Assembly (NCBI RefSeq): GCF_009914755.1
Contig: NC_060947.1
Source: the human T2T-CHM13v2.0 reference genome, Homo sapiens
Direction: 5' to 3' (one strand)
DNA length: 64,000 nucleotides
Shown here: piece after piece, positions 13,292-26,169 of the stretch
Layout: every line of letters starts with the position of its first letter
Numbering within the stretch: position 1 is the first letter of the stretch
Made by a program: the position numbers and the translations under genes
The notes under the pieces: model-generated
What the model was told of the DNA's origin: nothing
Databases searched by the model: none
Seen by the model: only the letters and a program-made list of their open reading frames with translations

Positions 13292-15662
13292 TGATATGAT
13301 TTCACTCTGTTTCCCCAGCCAAATCTCCTGTTGAATTGTAATTTCCAATTTTTGGGGAGGTACCTGGTGGGAGGTCATTGGATCATGGGGACAGATTTCC
13401 CCCATGCTGTTCTCATGATAGTGAGTGAGTTCCCACAAGATCTGATGGTTTAAATGTGCATGGCACTTCAACACTTGCTCTCTCTCTCTCTCCTGCTCTG
13501 CCATTGTAAGTCATACCTGCTTCCCCTTCACCTTCCACTATGATTGTAAGTTTCCTGAGACCTCCCAGTCAAGCCTCCTGTTAAGCCTGTGGATCTGTGA
13601 GTCAATTAAACCTCTTTTCTTCATAAATTAACCAGTCTCAGATAGTTCTTTATAGCAGTGTGAGAATGGACTAAAACAGAAAATTGGTACTGGGAGTGGG
13701 GCATTGCTATAAAGATACCTGAAAATGTGGAAGTGACTTTGGAACTGGGTAACAGGCAGAGGTTAGAACAGTTTGGAGGGCTCAGAAGAAGAGAGGAAGA
13801 TGTGGGAAAGTTTGGAACTTCCTAGAGACTTGTTAAATGGTTTTGACCAAAATGCTGATAGTGATATGGACAATGAAGTCTAGGCTGAGAACTAGAGTCA
13901 GAACTAGAGTAAAGGTCATTTTTTCTATGCTTTAGCAAAGAAACTGGCAGCATTTTGCCCCTGCTCTAGAGATCTGTGGAAATTTAACTTGAGAGAGATA
14001 ATTTAGGGTATCCGGCAGAAGAAATTTCTAAGCAGCAAAGCATTCAAGATGTGAACTGGCTGTTTCTAAAAGCATATGATCATATGCATTCACAAAGAGA
14101 TGGTCTGAAATTGGAACTTATATTTAAAAGGGAAGCAGAGTGTTAAAGTTTGGAAAATTTGTAGCCTGACCATGTAGTAGAAAAGAAAGCCCATTTTCGG
14201 GGAGAAATTCAAGCCTGCTGCAAAAATTTGCATAAGTAAAGAGGAGATGAATGTTAATAGCCAAGACAATGGGGAAAATGTTTCCAGGGCATTTCAGAGA
14301 TCTTCACATCAGCCCCTCCCATCACAGGCCCAGAGGCCTAGGAGGAAAAAATGGTTCCATGGGCCATACCCATTGCCCAGCTACTCTGTGCAGCCTCAGG
14401 AGATGGTGCCCTGCATACGGGCTGCTCCAGCTCCAGCTATGACTAAAAGGGGCCCAGGTACAGCTTGGGCTTTGGCTTTAGAGGGTACAAGCCCCAAGCC
14501 TTGGTGGCTTACATGTGGTTTTGGGCCTGTGGGTGCACAAAAGACAAGACTTGAATTTGGGGAACTTCTGCCTAGATTTCAGAGGATGTATGGAAATGCC
14601 TAGATGTCCAGGCAGAAGTTTGTTGCAAGGGCAGAATCCTTATGGAGAACTTCTACTAGAGCAGTGTGGAGGGGAAATATGGGGTTGGAGCCTCCATACA
14701 GAGTCCCCAATGGGGCACTGCCTAGTGGAGCTGTGAGAAGAGGGCCAACATCCTCCAGACCCCAGAATGGTAGATTCTTGCAGACATCTTGCACAATGCA
14801 CCTGGAAAAGTGCAGGTACTCAATGCCAGCCCATGAAACCAGCTGTTGGGGCCGTACCCTGCAGATCCACAGAGGCAGAGCTGCCCAAGGCCTTGGGAGC
14901 CCACTCCTTGCATTAGTGTGGCCTGGATGTGAGAAATAGAGTCAAAGAATATTATTCTGGAGCTTTAAGATTTAATGACTGCCCTGGGGGTTTGGGACTT
15001 GCATGGGACCCGTCGCCCCTTTGTTTTGGCTGATTTCTCCCATTTAGGGTGGGAGCATTCACCCAATGTCTGTACCCCCATTGTATCTTGGAAGTAACTA
15101 CTTGTTTTTGATTTTGCAGGCTCTTAGGTGAAAGGTACTTTCCTAGTCTCAGATGAGACTTTAGACTTGGATTATTGGGTTAATGCTGGAAAGAATTAAG
15201 ACTTTGGGGGAATGTAGGGAAGGCATAATTATGTTTTGAATGTGGGAAGGACATGAGATTTGGGAGGGGCTGGGGCAGAATGATATGTTTTAGCTCTGCG
15301 TCCCCACCCAAATCTCATGTTAAATTGTAATTCCCAATGTTGGGGGAGGTACCTGGTGGGAGGTCACTGGATCATGGAGCAGATTTCCTGCATGCTCTTC
15401 TCATGATAGTGAGTGAGTTCTCATGAGATATGATTCTTTAAAAGTGTGTGGCACTTCCCTACTTACTCTCTCTCTCCTGCTTTGCCATGATAATATGTGC
15501 CTGCTTCCCCTTCACCTTCTGCCATGATTGTAAGTTTTCTGAGCCCTCCCAGTCATGCTTCCTGTTAAGCCTGTAGAACTGTGAGTAAATTAAACCTCTT
15601 TTCTTCATAAATTACCCAGTCTCTTGTCATTGTTTATAGCAGTGTGAGAACAAAATAATACA
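13292..15662 (+). mobile_element. Complete MaLR provirus (MSTA/THE1D LTR - internal - LTR)
   Basis: 5' LTR 13292-13678, internal ~1.6 kb, polypurine tract gggaggggctggggcagaa, 3' LTR 15281-15662; TSD ccatg/tcatg. Confidence 0.92.
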
Positions 15663-16125
15663 TCATGCATTTATGATAAATTGATTTTTTGACAAAGATG
15701 CCAAAGGCATACAATGCGGGGAGGACAGCCTAATTAATAAATAGTGTGGGGAAAACTGGTTATCCACATACAGAAGAATGAAATTGGACCCTAACCTTGC
15801 ATCACATACTGAAATCAACTCAAAAAAGATTAAAGACTTAAACATAAGACCTAAAACTGTAAAAGAACCAGAAGAAAACAGAGAGGGAGAGGTTCATGAC
15901 ATAGGTCAGGACAAGGACTTTTTGGATATGACCCCAAAAGCTCAGGCAATGAAAGCCAAAATAGACAAATGGGGATAGTATCAAACTAAACAGTGTCTGC
16001 ACAGAAAGAAAAAAAAGAACAACAACAAAAACTCCAATTAACAAAGTAAAGAGACAACCCACAGATTGGGAAAAGTTATTTGAAAACCATACATCTGATA
16101 GCTGGTTAATATCCAAAATATGTAA

Positions 16126-19100
16126 AGGGAGCAAGATGTCTCAATAGAAGTCTCCACCAATTGTCCCCCCAAGAAGGACACCAATTTAACAGCTATCTAC
16201 ACAAAAAAAAGCACCTTCATAAGAATCAAAAATTAGGTGAGCACTCACAGTACCTGGCTTTAACTTCATATCACTGAAAGAGGCAATGAAGAGGAGAAAA
16301 AAAGTCTTGAGTCACAGACACTACCCATCCTCCATCCCCTGGCAGTAGCCGTGTGGCACAGAGAGAGAATCTGTGAAGGTGGGAGAGGGACAGCACAGCA
16401 ATTGTGAGACATTGCATTGAACTCAGAATTGCCATGTGGTAGCAGAAAGCAAACTGGGCTTAACTCAGCTAACGGCTGCCCACAGAGGGAGCATTTAGAC
16501 CAGCCCTAGCCAGAGGGAAATCACCCAACTCAGCAGTTGGAACTTGAGTTCTGGCAAGCCTTGCCACACTAGGCTAAAGTTCTCTGGGTCCCTAAATGAA
16601 CAGCAGTCTAGGCCACAAGGACTGAAATTTGTAGGCAAGTCCTAGTGCTGAACTCAACTCAGTGCCAGTGGACTGGTGGGGCACAAGACCTACTGAGACA
16701 CCAGGTGGGGCAGCTAAGGGAGTGCTTGTGACAACCTTCCCCCAGCCACAAGCTGCACAGCTTATGGATTCAAAAGGGACCCCTTCCTTCTGTTTGAGGA
16801 GAGGAGAGGGAAGAGTAAAGAAGATTTTGTCTTGCATCTGGGATACCAGCTCAGCCACAGTAGGATAGAGAGCCAGTCAAAGATGTAAGGCTTCCTTTCC
16901 AGGACCTAACTCCCAGACAACATTTGTAGACACATACTGGGCCAAAAGGGAATCCACTACCTTGAAGGAAGAGACCCAGTCCTGGCAGGACCCTTCACCT
17001 GCTGACTAAAGAGCCCTTGGGCCCTGAATAACAAGGAGTAATACCCAGATAGTATGTCATGTGTCGTGGGTGAGACTCTGAGACTTCTTGGATTCAGGTG
17101 AGACTTAGCATATTCCCAGCTGTGGTGTCTATGGGGCAAGACTCCTTCTGCTTGAGAAAAGGAGAGGAAAAAGTAAAGGAGACTTTTTCTTGCACTTTAC
17201 ATGCCAGCTCAACCTCAGGGGTTTAGAGCAAAAAGTGGGTTCTTGGGAACCCCAATTCCAGGACTTGGCTCTTGGACAGCATTTCTGGAACTGCCCTGGG
17301 CCAGAGGGGAGCCCTTTGTCATGAAGGATGAGTTCCAGGCCAGGCAACATATGCCACAAGCTGACTGAAGGGCCTTTGGGTCTTAAGGGAACATTGGCAG
17401 TAGCCTGACAGTACTCTCTGAAGGCTTGTGGTGGTACTAGCCATGGCATGAGGCTCCTCTGCCTATGAAAAGGGGAGAAAAGATTGGGAAGAACTGCATC
17501 ACATGATATGAGTGCCAGCTTAGTTATAGTATAATAGAACACCAGGTAGACTTCTAAGGTGTTGACTCCAGTTCCTGGCTCCTGGATGGCATCTCTGGAC
17601 CTCCCTGGGGCCTGAGGGAACTTGCCTTCCTGAGTGGAAGGACACAAGCCTGATAAGCTTCAACACCTTCTGATTATAGAGTACCTGTGCCTTGAATGAA
17701 AATAGGTGGTAGTCAGGTAGTGTTTACAGTGGAACTTGGGTGAGACCCAGTGCTGTGCTGGCCTTAGGTCTCACCCAGCACAGTCCCAGTGATGGTGGCC
17801 ACAGGGGTGCTTGTATAACCACATTACCAGCTCTGGATGGCTCAGAACAGAAACAGAAACTGTTTTTTTGGGAGGAAGTAAGGGCAGAGAACAAGTGCCT
17901 GCCTAGTAATCCAGAGAATGCCTCTGGATCTTATCCAAGACCACCAAGATGGTACCTCTATGAGTCTGCAAGAACCACAGTGTTACTGGGCTTGGGGTGT
18001 CCCTAATGCAGATATGGCTTAGAACACAATACCAAAGTCCTTTCAAATCCTTGAAAGTCTTCCTGAGAAGGGCAGGTAAAACAAGCTTAGCCTGTGAAGA
18101 CTACAATAAATACCTAACTCTTCAATGCCTTTACACAGACAAATATCCCTCAGCACCAAGACTATCTTGGAAACCATGACATCACCAAATCAACTAAACA
18201 AGGTAGAAGGGACCAGTCATGAAGAAACAGATATGTGACCTTTCAGACAGAATTCAAGATGGCTGTTTTAAGGAAACTCAAAGATATTCAAGACAACACA
18301 GAGAAAGAATTCAGAATTCCATGAGATGACTTTAACAAAGAGATGGAAATAATTAAAATGAATCAAGCAGCAATTCTGGGGCTGAAAAATGCAAATGACA
18401 TACTGAAGAATGCATTAGACTCTTTTAATAGCAGAACTGATCAAGCAGAGGAAAAAAATAATGTGCTTGAAGATAGCCTATTTGAAAATATACAATCAGA
18501 GATGATAAAAGAAAAAAGAATAAAAATAATGAAGCATTCCTACAGGATCTAGAAAATAGCCTCAAAAGGACAAATCTAAGAGTTATTGACCTTAAAGAGG
18601 AGGTAGAGAAAGAGATAGGGGTAGAATGTTTATTCAAAGGGATGATAACAGATAATTTCCCAAACCTAGAGAAATATATCAATATCTGTGTACAAGGAGG
18701 TTACAGAACACTAAGCATATTAACCCAAAGAAGACTACCTCAAGGCATTTAATTATTAAGCTGCCAAAGGTCAAGGATAAAGAAAGGATCCTAAAAGCAG
18801 CAAGACAAAAGAAACAAATCACATACAATGGAGGACTTCCAACATGTCTGGCAGCAGCCTGTTCAGTGGAAATCTTACAGGCCAAGAGAGGGTGACATGA
18901 CATATTTAAAGTGCTGAAGGAAAAAAAAAAACCTTTTACCCTAGAATAGTATATCCAGTGAAAATATCCTTCAAACATGAAGGAGAAATAGTCTTTCCCA
19001 GAGAACCAAAAGCTGAGGGATATCATCAATACCAGACTTGTCCTATAAGAAATGCTAAAGGGAATACTTTAGTCAGAAAGAAAAACACATTAACGGGCAT

Positions 19101-22100
19101 AAGAAATCATATGAAAGTAGAGAACACTCTGCTAATATTAAGTACACAGAAAAACACAGTATTATAACTCTGTAACTATGCTGTGTAAAGTACTCTTAAG
19201 TAGAAAGACTAAATGATGAACCAATCAAAAATAATAACTACAACAACTTTTCAAGACATAAATAGTACAATAAGATGTAAATAGTCACAACATAAGTTAA
19301 AAAGTAGGGGGATGAAGTTAAGGCATAGAGTATTTATTTGTTTTCTTTTTGCTTGTTTGTTTATGGAAACAGTATTAAGTTGTTATCAGCTTAAAATAAT
19401 GAGTTATAAGATAGTATTTGCAAGCCGCATGGTAACCTTAAATGAAAAAAAATATATACAACAGATACAGGAACCAAAGAAATCAAGAAATTATGGCATA
19501 CCACCAGATGAAATCACCTTCACTAAAGGGAAGGCAGGAAAGAATGAAAGGAGAAGAAGATCACAAAGCAACCAGAAAACAAATAACAAAATGGCAGGAG
19601 TAAGTCCTTACTTATCAATAATAACATTAAATGTAAATGGACTAAAATTTCTAATCAAGACATACCATGGCTGAATGGGTGATAAAAAAAAAAGGGAACC
19701 CAATGATCTATTGCCTACAAGAAACACACTTCAACTCTGAAGACTCACATAGATTGAAAATAAAGGGATTCAAAAAATATTTCATGCCAATGGTAATAAA
19801 AACAGAGCATGAGTACCTATACTTATATTAGACAAAAGAGATTTCAAGACAAAAACTATAAGAAGAGACAGAGGAGGTCACTAATGATAAAGGGGTAAAT
19901 TCAGCAAGAGATATAACATTGTAAATATACATGCACTCAACACTGGAGCACCCAGATATACAAAGAAAATATTATCAGAGTTAAAGAGAGAGGCCTCTAT
20001 ACAATAACAGCTGGAGATGTCAACACCCCACTTTCAGCATTGGACATATCTTCCAGACACAAAATGAACAAAGAAACAATGGGCTTAATCTGCACTATAG
20101 GCCAAATTAATCTAATGGTATTTACATAACATTTCATCCAAGAGCTGCAGAATACACATTCTTTTCCTCAGCACATGGAACATTCTCATGGGGAGACCAT
20201 ATGTTAGCTCTCAAAACAAGTATAAAAACATTCCAAAAAATTGAAACACTATCAAGCATCTTCTCTGACTACAATGGAATAAAACTAGAAATCAATAACA
20301 AGAGGAATTTTGGAAACTATACAAATACATGGAAATCAACCAATATGCTGCTGAATGACCAGTGGGTCAATAAAAAAGTTAAGAAAAAACTAAAAAAATT
20401 TCTTGAAACAAATTATTATGAAAACACAACATACCAAAATCTATGGGATATAGCAAAAACAGTACTAAGTGAGAAGTTAATAGCTATAAGCACCTACATC
20501 AAAAAAAGAAGAAAAACTCAAATAATGTAACAATCTATCATAACAAACTAGGAAAGGAGAGTAAATCAAACCCCAAATTAGTAGAGGAAAAGAAACAATA
20601 AAGACCAGAGCAGAAATAAATGAATTTGAAATGAAGAAAATAATGCGAAAGGTCAAGGAAACAAAAAGTTGGGTTTTTTTGAAAAGAAAACAAAATTGAC
20701 ACACCCTTCATGAGACCAAATAAGAAAAAAAGAGAAAAAATCCAAATAAATAAAATCAGAGGTGAAAAAGGAGATATTACAACTGATACCACAGAAATAG
20801 AAAGGATCACTAGTGGATACTATGAGCAACTATAAGCCAATAAGTTGGAAAATCTAGAGGAAATGGATAAACTCCTAGACACATGCAACCTACCAAGATT
20901 GAACCATGAAGAAATCCAAAACCCAAACAGACCAATAATAAGTAACAAGATCAAAGCTGTAATAAAAAGTCTCCCAGCAAAGAAATGTCTGGGACCCAAT
21001 GGCTTCAGTGCTAAATTCTGCCAAACATTTAAAGAAAAATAAAAAGCAATCCTAGTCTGACTAACCAAAAAAATAAAAGAAGAGGGAATACTTCCAAACT
21101 GATTCTATGAGATCATTGTTAGCCTGATATCAAAACCAGACAAAGACACATCAGAAAAAAAAAAAAAAAAAAGAAAGAAAGAAAACTACAGGCCAATATC
21201 ATGTATAAATATTGATGCAAGAATCCTTAGCAAAGTACTAGCAAATGGAGTACTTTAATGTTGTTGAACACATTAAAAAGATCACTCATCACGACCAAGT
21301 GAGATTTATCCCACCTATGCAAGGATGGTTCAAAATATACAAATCCATCAATGTGGTACCTCATATGAATGGAATGAATGATCAAAGTCGCATGATCATT
21401 TCAGTTGATGCTGAAAAAAGTATTTGATAAAATTAAACATCCCTTTATGAGATAAAAACGTTAAAAAAACACTGAGGATAGAAGGAACATATGTCAACAT
21501 AATAAAAGCCAAATATGACAGACCAACAGCCAGTATCATACTGAATGGGAAAAAAACTGAAAGCCTTTCCTCTGAAATCTGGAACATGAGAAGGATCCCC
21601 ACTGTCACCACTGTTATTCAACATAGTATTGGAAGTCCAAGTTAGAGCAGACAAGAGAAAGAAAGAAAGGGCATCCAAATCGGAAAGGAAGAGGTCAAAT
21701 TATCCTTGTTTGCAGACAGTATAATCTTAGATGTGGAGAAAAACTGAAGACTCTACCAAAAAAAAAAAAAAAAAAAAAACAAACCTATTGGAACTGAAAA
21801 ACAAATAAGGACAGTTGCAGGGTACAAAATCAACATACAAAAATCAGTAGCATACGTATATGCCAACACTAAACAATCTGAAATAGTAATAAAAAAGTAA
21901 TCCCATTTTTAGTATCTACAAATAAAATACCTAGGAATTAACTAAAGAAGTGAAAGATCTCTATAATAAAAACTATAAAAAATTGATGCAAGAAATTGAA
22001 GAGGACACAATAAAATGGAAATATATTCTACTTTCATGGATTGGAAAAATCAATACTGTAAAAATGTCTATACTATCCAAGGCAATCTACAGATTTAATG

Positions 22101-23840
22101 CAATACCTATCAAAACACCCATGACATTCTTCCCAGAAATATAAAAAGCAGTCCTAAAATTTATACGGAACCACAAAAGATGCAGAATAGTCAAAAGTAT
22201 CCTAAGCACAAAGAAAAAATTGGAGAAATCACATTATCTGACTTTAATTTACACTACAGAACTATAGAACTAAAATGTCATGACGTGGGTATAAAAACAG
22301 ACACATAAATCTGTGGGACAGAGTAGAGAACCCAGACAGAAATCCATTAATCTACAGTTCAAAATGAACTCATTTTTGATAAAGGCGCGAAGAACATACA
22401 CTGGGGAAAGGATAGTCTCTTCAATAAATGGTGCTGAGAAAACTGGATATCCATATGCAAAAGAATGAAACTAGACCTCTCTCTCTCTCTCCATATACAA
22501 AAATCAAATCAAAATAGATTAAAGACTTAAATCCAAGATCTCAAACTGTGAAACTCTTGCAAGAAAACATTGAGGAAAATCTCCAGGACATTGGTCAGTG
22601 TGAAAATTTCTTCAGTAATACACCACAAGCACAGGCAGCCAAAGTAAAAATGGAGAAATGAGATCACATTAAGTTAAAAAGTTTCTGCATGGCAAAGGGA
22701 AAAGACACAATCAACAAAGTTAAGAGACAACGCACAGAATGAGACAAAATATTTTCAAACTACCCATCTGAGAAGAGATTAATAACCAGAATACATAAGG
22801 AGCTCAAACAACTTTATAGGAAAAAGCTAATAATACAATTTAACAATGGGGAACAGATCTGAATAGATGTTTTTCAAAAGAAAACATAGAAATGGCAAAC
22901 AGGTATATGAAAAGGTGCTCGACATTATTGAACATCACAGAATTGTATATCAAAAACTACTATGAGGTATCATCTCACCTCAGTTAAAATGGCCTTAATC
23001 CAAAAGTTAGGCAATAACGAATGCTGGCAAGGATGTGGAGAAAAGAGAGCCCTCATATATTGTTAGTGGGAATGTTAATTAGTATAACTAGCATGGAAAC
23101 CTGTTTGGAAGTTCCTCAAAAATCTAAAAATAGAGATACCATACAATCCCAATCCTAGGTATATACCCGAAAGAAAGGAAATCAGTATATTGAAGAGATT
23201 TCCGCACTCCCATGTTTATTGCAGCACTATTCACAATAACCAAGAGTTGGAAGCAATCTAAGCATCCATCAATAGATGAATGGGTACAGAAAATTTGGTA
23301 CACATACACAACAGAATACTACTCATCCATAAAAAGAACAAGATCCTGTCATTTGCAACAACGTGGATGAAACTGGAGGTCATTATGTAAAGTGAAAATA
23401 AGCCAGGCACAGAAAGACAAACTTCACCCGTTCTTACTTATTTTTGCTAGCTAAAAATTAAAACAATTGAATTCATGGAGATACAGAGTAGAAACATGGT
23501 TACCAGATGTTAGCAAGAGTTGTGGGTTTGAGGGACAGGGATTGGGGAGAGTTAATGGGTACAAAAAATAGAAAGAATGAACAAGACCTAGTATTTTCTA
23601 GCTCAACAGAGTTACTATAGTCAAAAATAATTTAATTATACATCTTGAAATAACTAAAAGAGTATAATTGGATTGTTTGTAACACAAAGGATAAATGCTT
23701 GAGGTGATGGATACTCCATTTACCCTGATGTGATTATTACACATTGCATGCCTGTATTAAAATATCTCATGTAACCCATAAATATATACAACTACTATGT
23801 ACCCGCAAAAATTAAGCATTAAAATTAAAAACAAAACAAA
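16126..23840 (+). mobile_element. Full-length degenerate LINE-1 (L1MA1-3-like, same 5'UTR type as 1-7077)
   Basis: 5'UTR from ggagcaagatg, ORF1 remnants ~18200-19100, ORF2 from MAGVSPYLSIITLNVNGL (~19590), 3'UTR and A-rich tail; candidate TSD caaaatatgtaa (16114-16125) / caaagtatataa (23841-23852). Confidence 0.93.
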
Positions 23841-24729
23841 CAAAGTATATAACACCTCAATAGCAAGAAAACAAGTAACCAATTTTTTAAATGGGCATGG
23901 ACCTGAATATACATTTATCAAAAGAAGACATATAAATGACCAACGGGTTCATGAAAAAATGTTCAATGTCACTAATCATTTTCAAATTAATACCACAATA
24001 AGATATCATCTCACACCTTTTATAATGGCTTTTATCAAAAAGATGAAAGATAAGTGTTGACAACAATGTGAAGTTAAGGGAACCCTAACACACTCTTGGT
24101 GGGAATGTAGATTAATACAGCAGTTATAGAAAATGACGTGGAGGTTCCTCAAAAAACTTAAAACACAACTACCATATGATCCAGCAATTCCACTTCTGAG
24201 AATGTATTCAAAGGAATTGAAATCAATATGTCAAAGGGATATCTGCACTTTCATGTTCATTTCAGCATTATTCATAATAACCAAGTTATAGAATCAACCT
24301 AGATGTCTAGAAAGATAAATACTGCATTATCTCATTCATGTGTGGAATCTAAAAATAGTTAAATTCATAGAAGTAGATGATAGAATGATGACTACCAGAG
24401 GCTGAGGAAGGGGGACAGAGAGAATGGGCAGTTGAGGGTCAAAGGATACAATGTTTCAGTTAGACAGGAGGAATAAGTTTTGATATCTATTGCACAGCAG
24501 GGTGACTATAGTCAATAATGATGTATGTTTCAAAATAACTGAGAATAAATGTCAAATGTATCACCACAAAAAATGTTAAATAAGTGAAATGATGGATATA
24601 TTAGGTTGATTTAATCATTCCACATTACATACATATATCAAACCATCATATTGTATCCCATAAATATAATAGTTATAAAATATTAAATAAAAATAATATT
24701 AGTAAAACAGTAAAAAAGCAAAATCTGGT

Positions 24730-25000
24730 AATTAAAAGCTGGTGTGCTTTGTCTAGCCTCTGTCTCTTCTCATTCCATAGCAACCTCAGAGGCCATGTGT
24801 TGATGATGACAGCCCCAAAAGACTAAATGAGCTTGGATCTCCAAGTCTTTGCTCAGAGGAAAACCACAGGCCAGGAAAATCTGCATTGGACTTCTTATGA
24901 GAGAGAAATAAATTCATATTGTGCTAAGCCACTGAGATTTGGAGGTTTTTGAATCACCCCATTACCTCATCCCAAATAAGTTTTGACTGCTGATACTACA
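24730..25000 (+). mobile_element. MLT1J-like LTR, 3' part
   Basis: gagagaaataaattcatattgtgctaagccactgagatttggagg is the MLT1 3' motif. Confidence 0.65.
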
Positions 25001-26169
25001 TAGTGTCCAGAGATATCAGCTGGGATGTGAAGTCTAGACCTTCAGACAGACATGGCAATTTTTCTCTTGATCTTGACTGCCCAGCCAGCTCTCTTTTTAC
25101 ACTCATAATGTCTTGTACTACATAACTTAAGGACGGGATGACCATGTAGACCATGTCCCCGATTTGTGTCTAATTACCAAATCAGCCTAATTATTACCAA
25201 ATTCTTCTATCTACTCATGGAATCCTGCAACTTCAGGCTGCTCCTTCCTGGGACAAAAGTTGTTTTCTAAATTTTTGTGTACACATTTATGGGGCACATG
25301 TGATATTCTGTTACATACATAGAATGTGTAATGATCAAATCAGTATTTGGGGTATCTATCACCTCAAATATTTATCATTTCTATGTGCTGGTAATATTTC
25401 AAGTCTTTTAGCTATTTTGAAATACACGATACATTGTTGCTAAGTATAGTAACCCTAATTTGCTATCAAACATTGGAACTTATTCCTTCTATTTAACTGT
25501 ACATTTGTACCCATTAACCAGCCTCTCTTCATCCCTCCTATCCCCACACCACCCTTCCCAGCTTCTGGTATCTATCATTCTACTCTCTGTCTCCATGAGA
25601 TCAACTTTTTTAGCTCCCACATATGAGTGAGAACATTGGTCTTTCTGTGCCTGGCTTATTTCACTTAACGTAGTGACCTCCAGTTCCATTCATGTTGCTG
25701 TGAATAACATGATTTCATTCTTTCTTATGGCTGTATAGTATTCCACATTTTCTTTATCCATTTGGCTGTTGATGGATACTTAAGTTGATTCCATATCTTT
25801 GTGATTGTGAATAGTGCTGCAATAAACACTGGGGTGCAGATATCCCTTTGATATACTGATCTTTTTCCCTTTGGATAAATACCCAGGAGTGGGATTGCTG
25901 GATCATATGGTAGTTCTATTTTAAGTTTTTTGAGAAATCTCCATACTGTTTTCCACAGTGACTGTACTAATTTACGTTCCTGCATAATGTATAAGAATTC
26001 CCCTTTTCTCCACATCCTCACCAGCATGTTTTTTTTTGTCTTTTTAGTAATAGCCATTATAGTTGGAGTAAGGTGATATCTCACTGTAGTTTTGATTTGC
26101 ACTTTCCTGCTGATTAGTGATGTTGAGCATTTTTTCATATATGGCTTGGCCATTTGTATGTCTTCTTTT

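Larger units (their letters stand above)
13031..24729 (+). mobile_element. Older 5'-truncated L1MA in three pieces (13031-13291, 15663-16125, 23841-24729)
   Basis: ORF2 C-terminal and 3'UTR sequence continues colinearly across two nested insertions; flanked by aattaaaag at 13022-13030 and 24730-24738. Confidence 0.8.

Noticed and set aside
14247-14939. 118-aa and 111-aa ORFs (and similar ORFs at 39058-39908)
   Set aside because: Degenerate MaLR internal-region ORF remnants, broken by stops and frameshifts
16126-23840. Possible active LINE-1
   Set aside because: ORF1 and ORF2 are fragmented by many stops and frameshifts; the same holds for every L1 in the window
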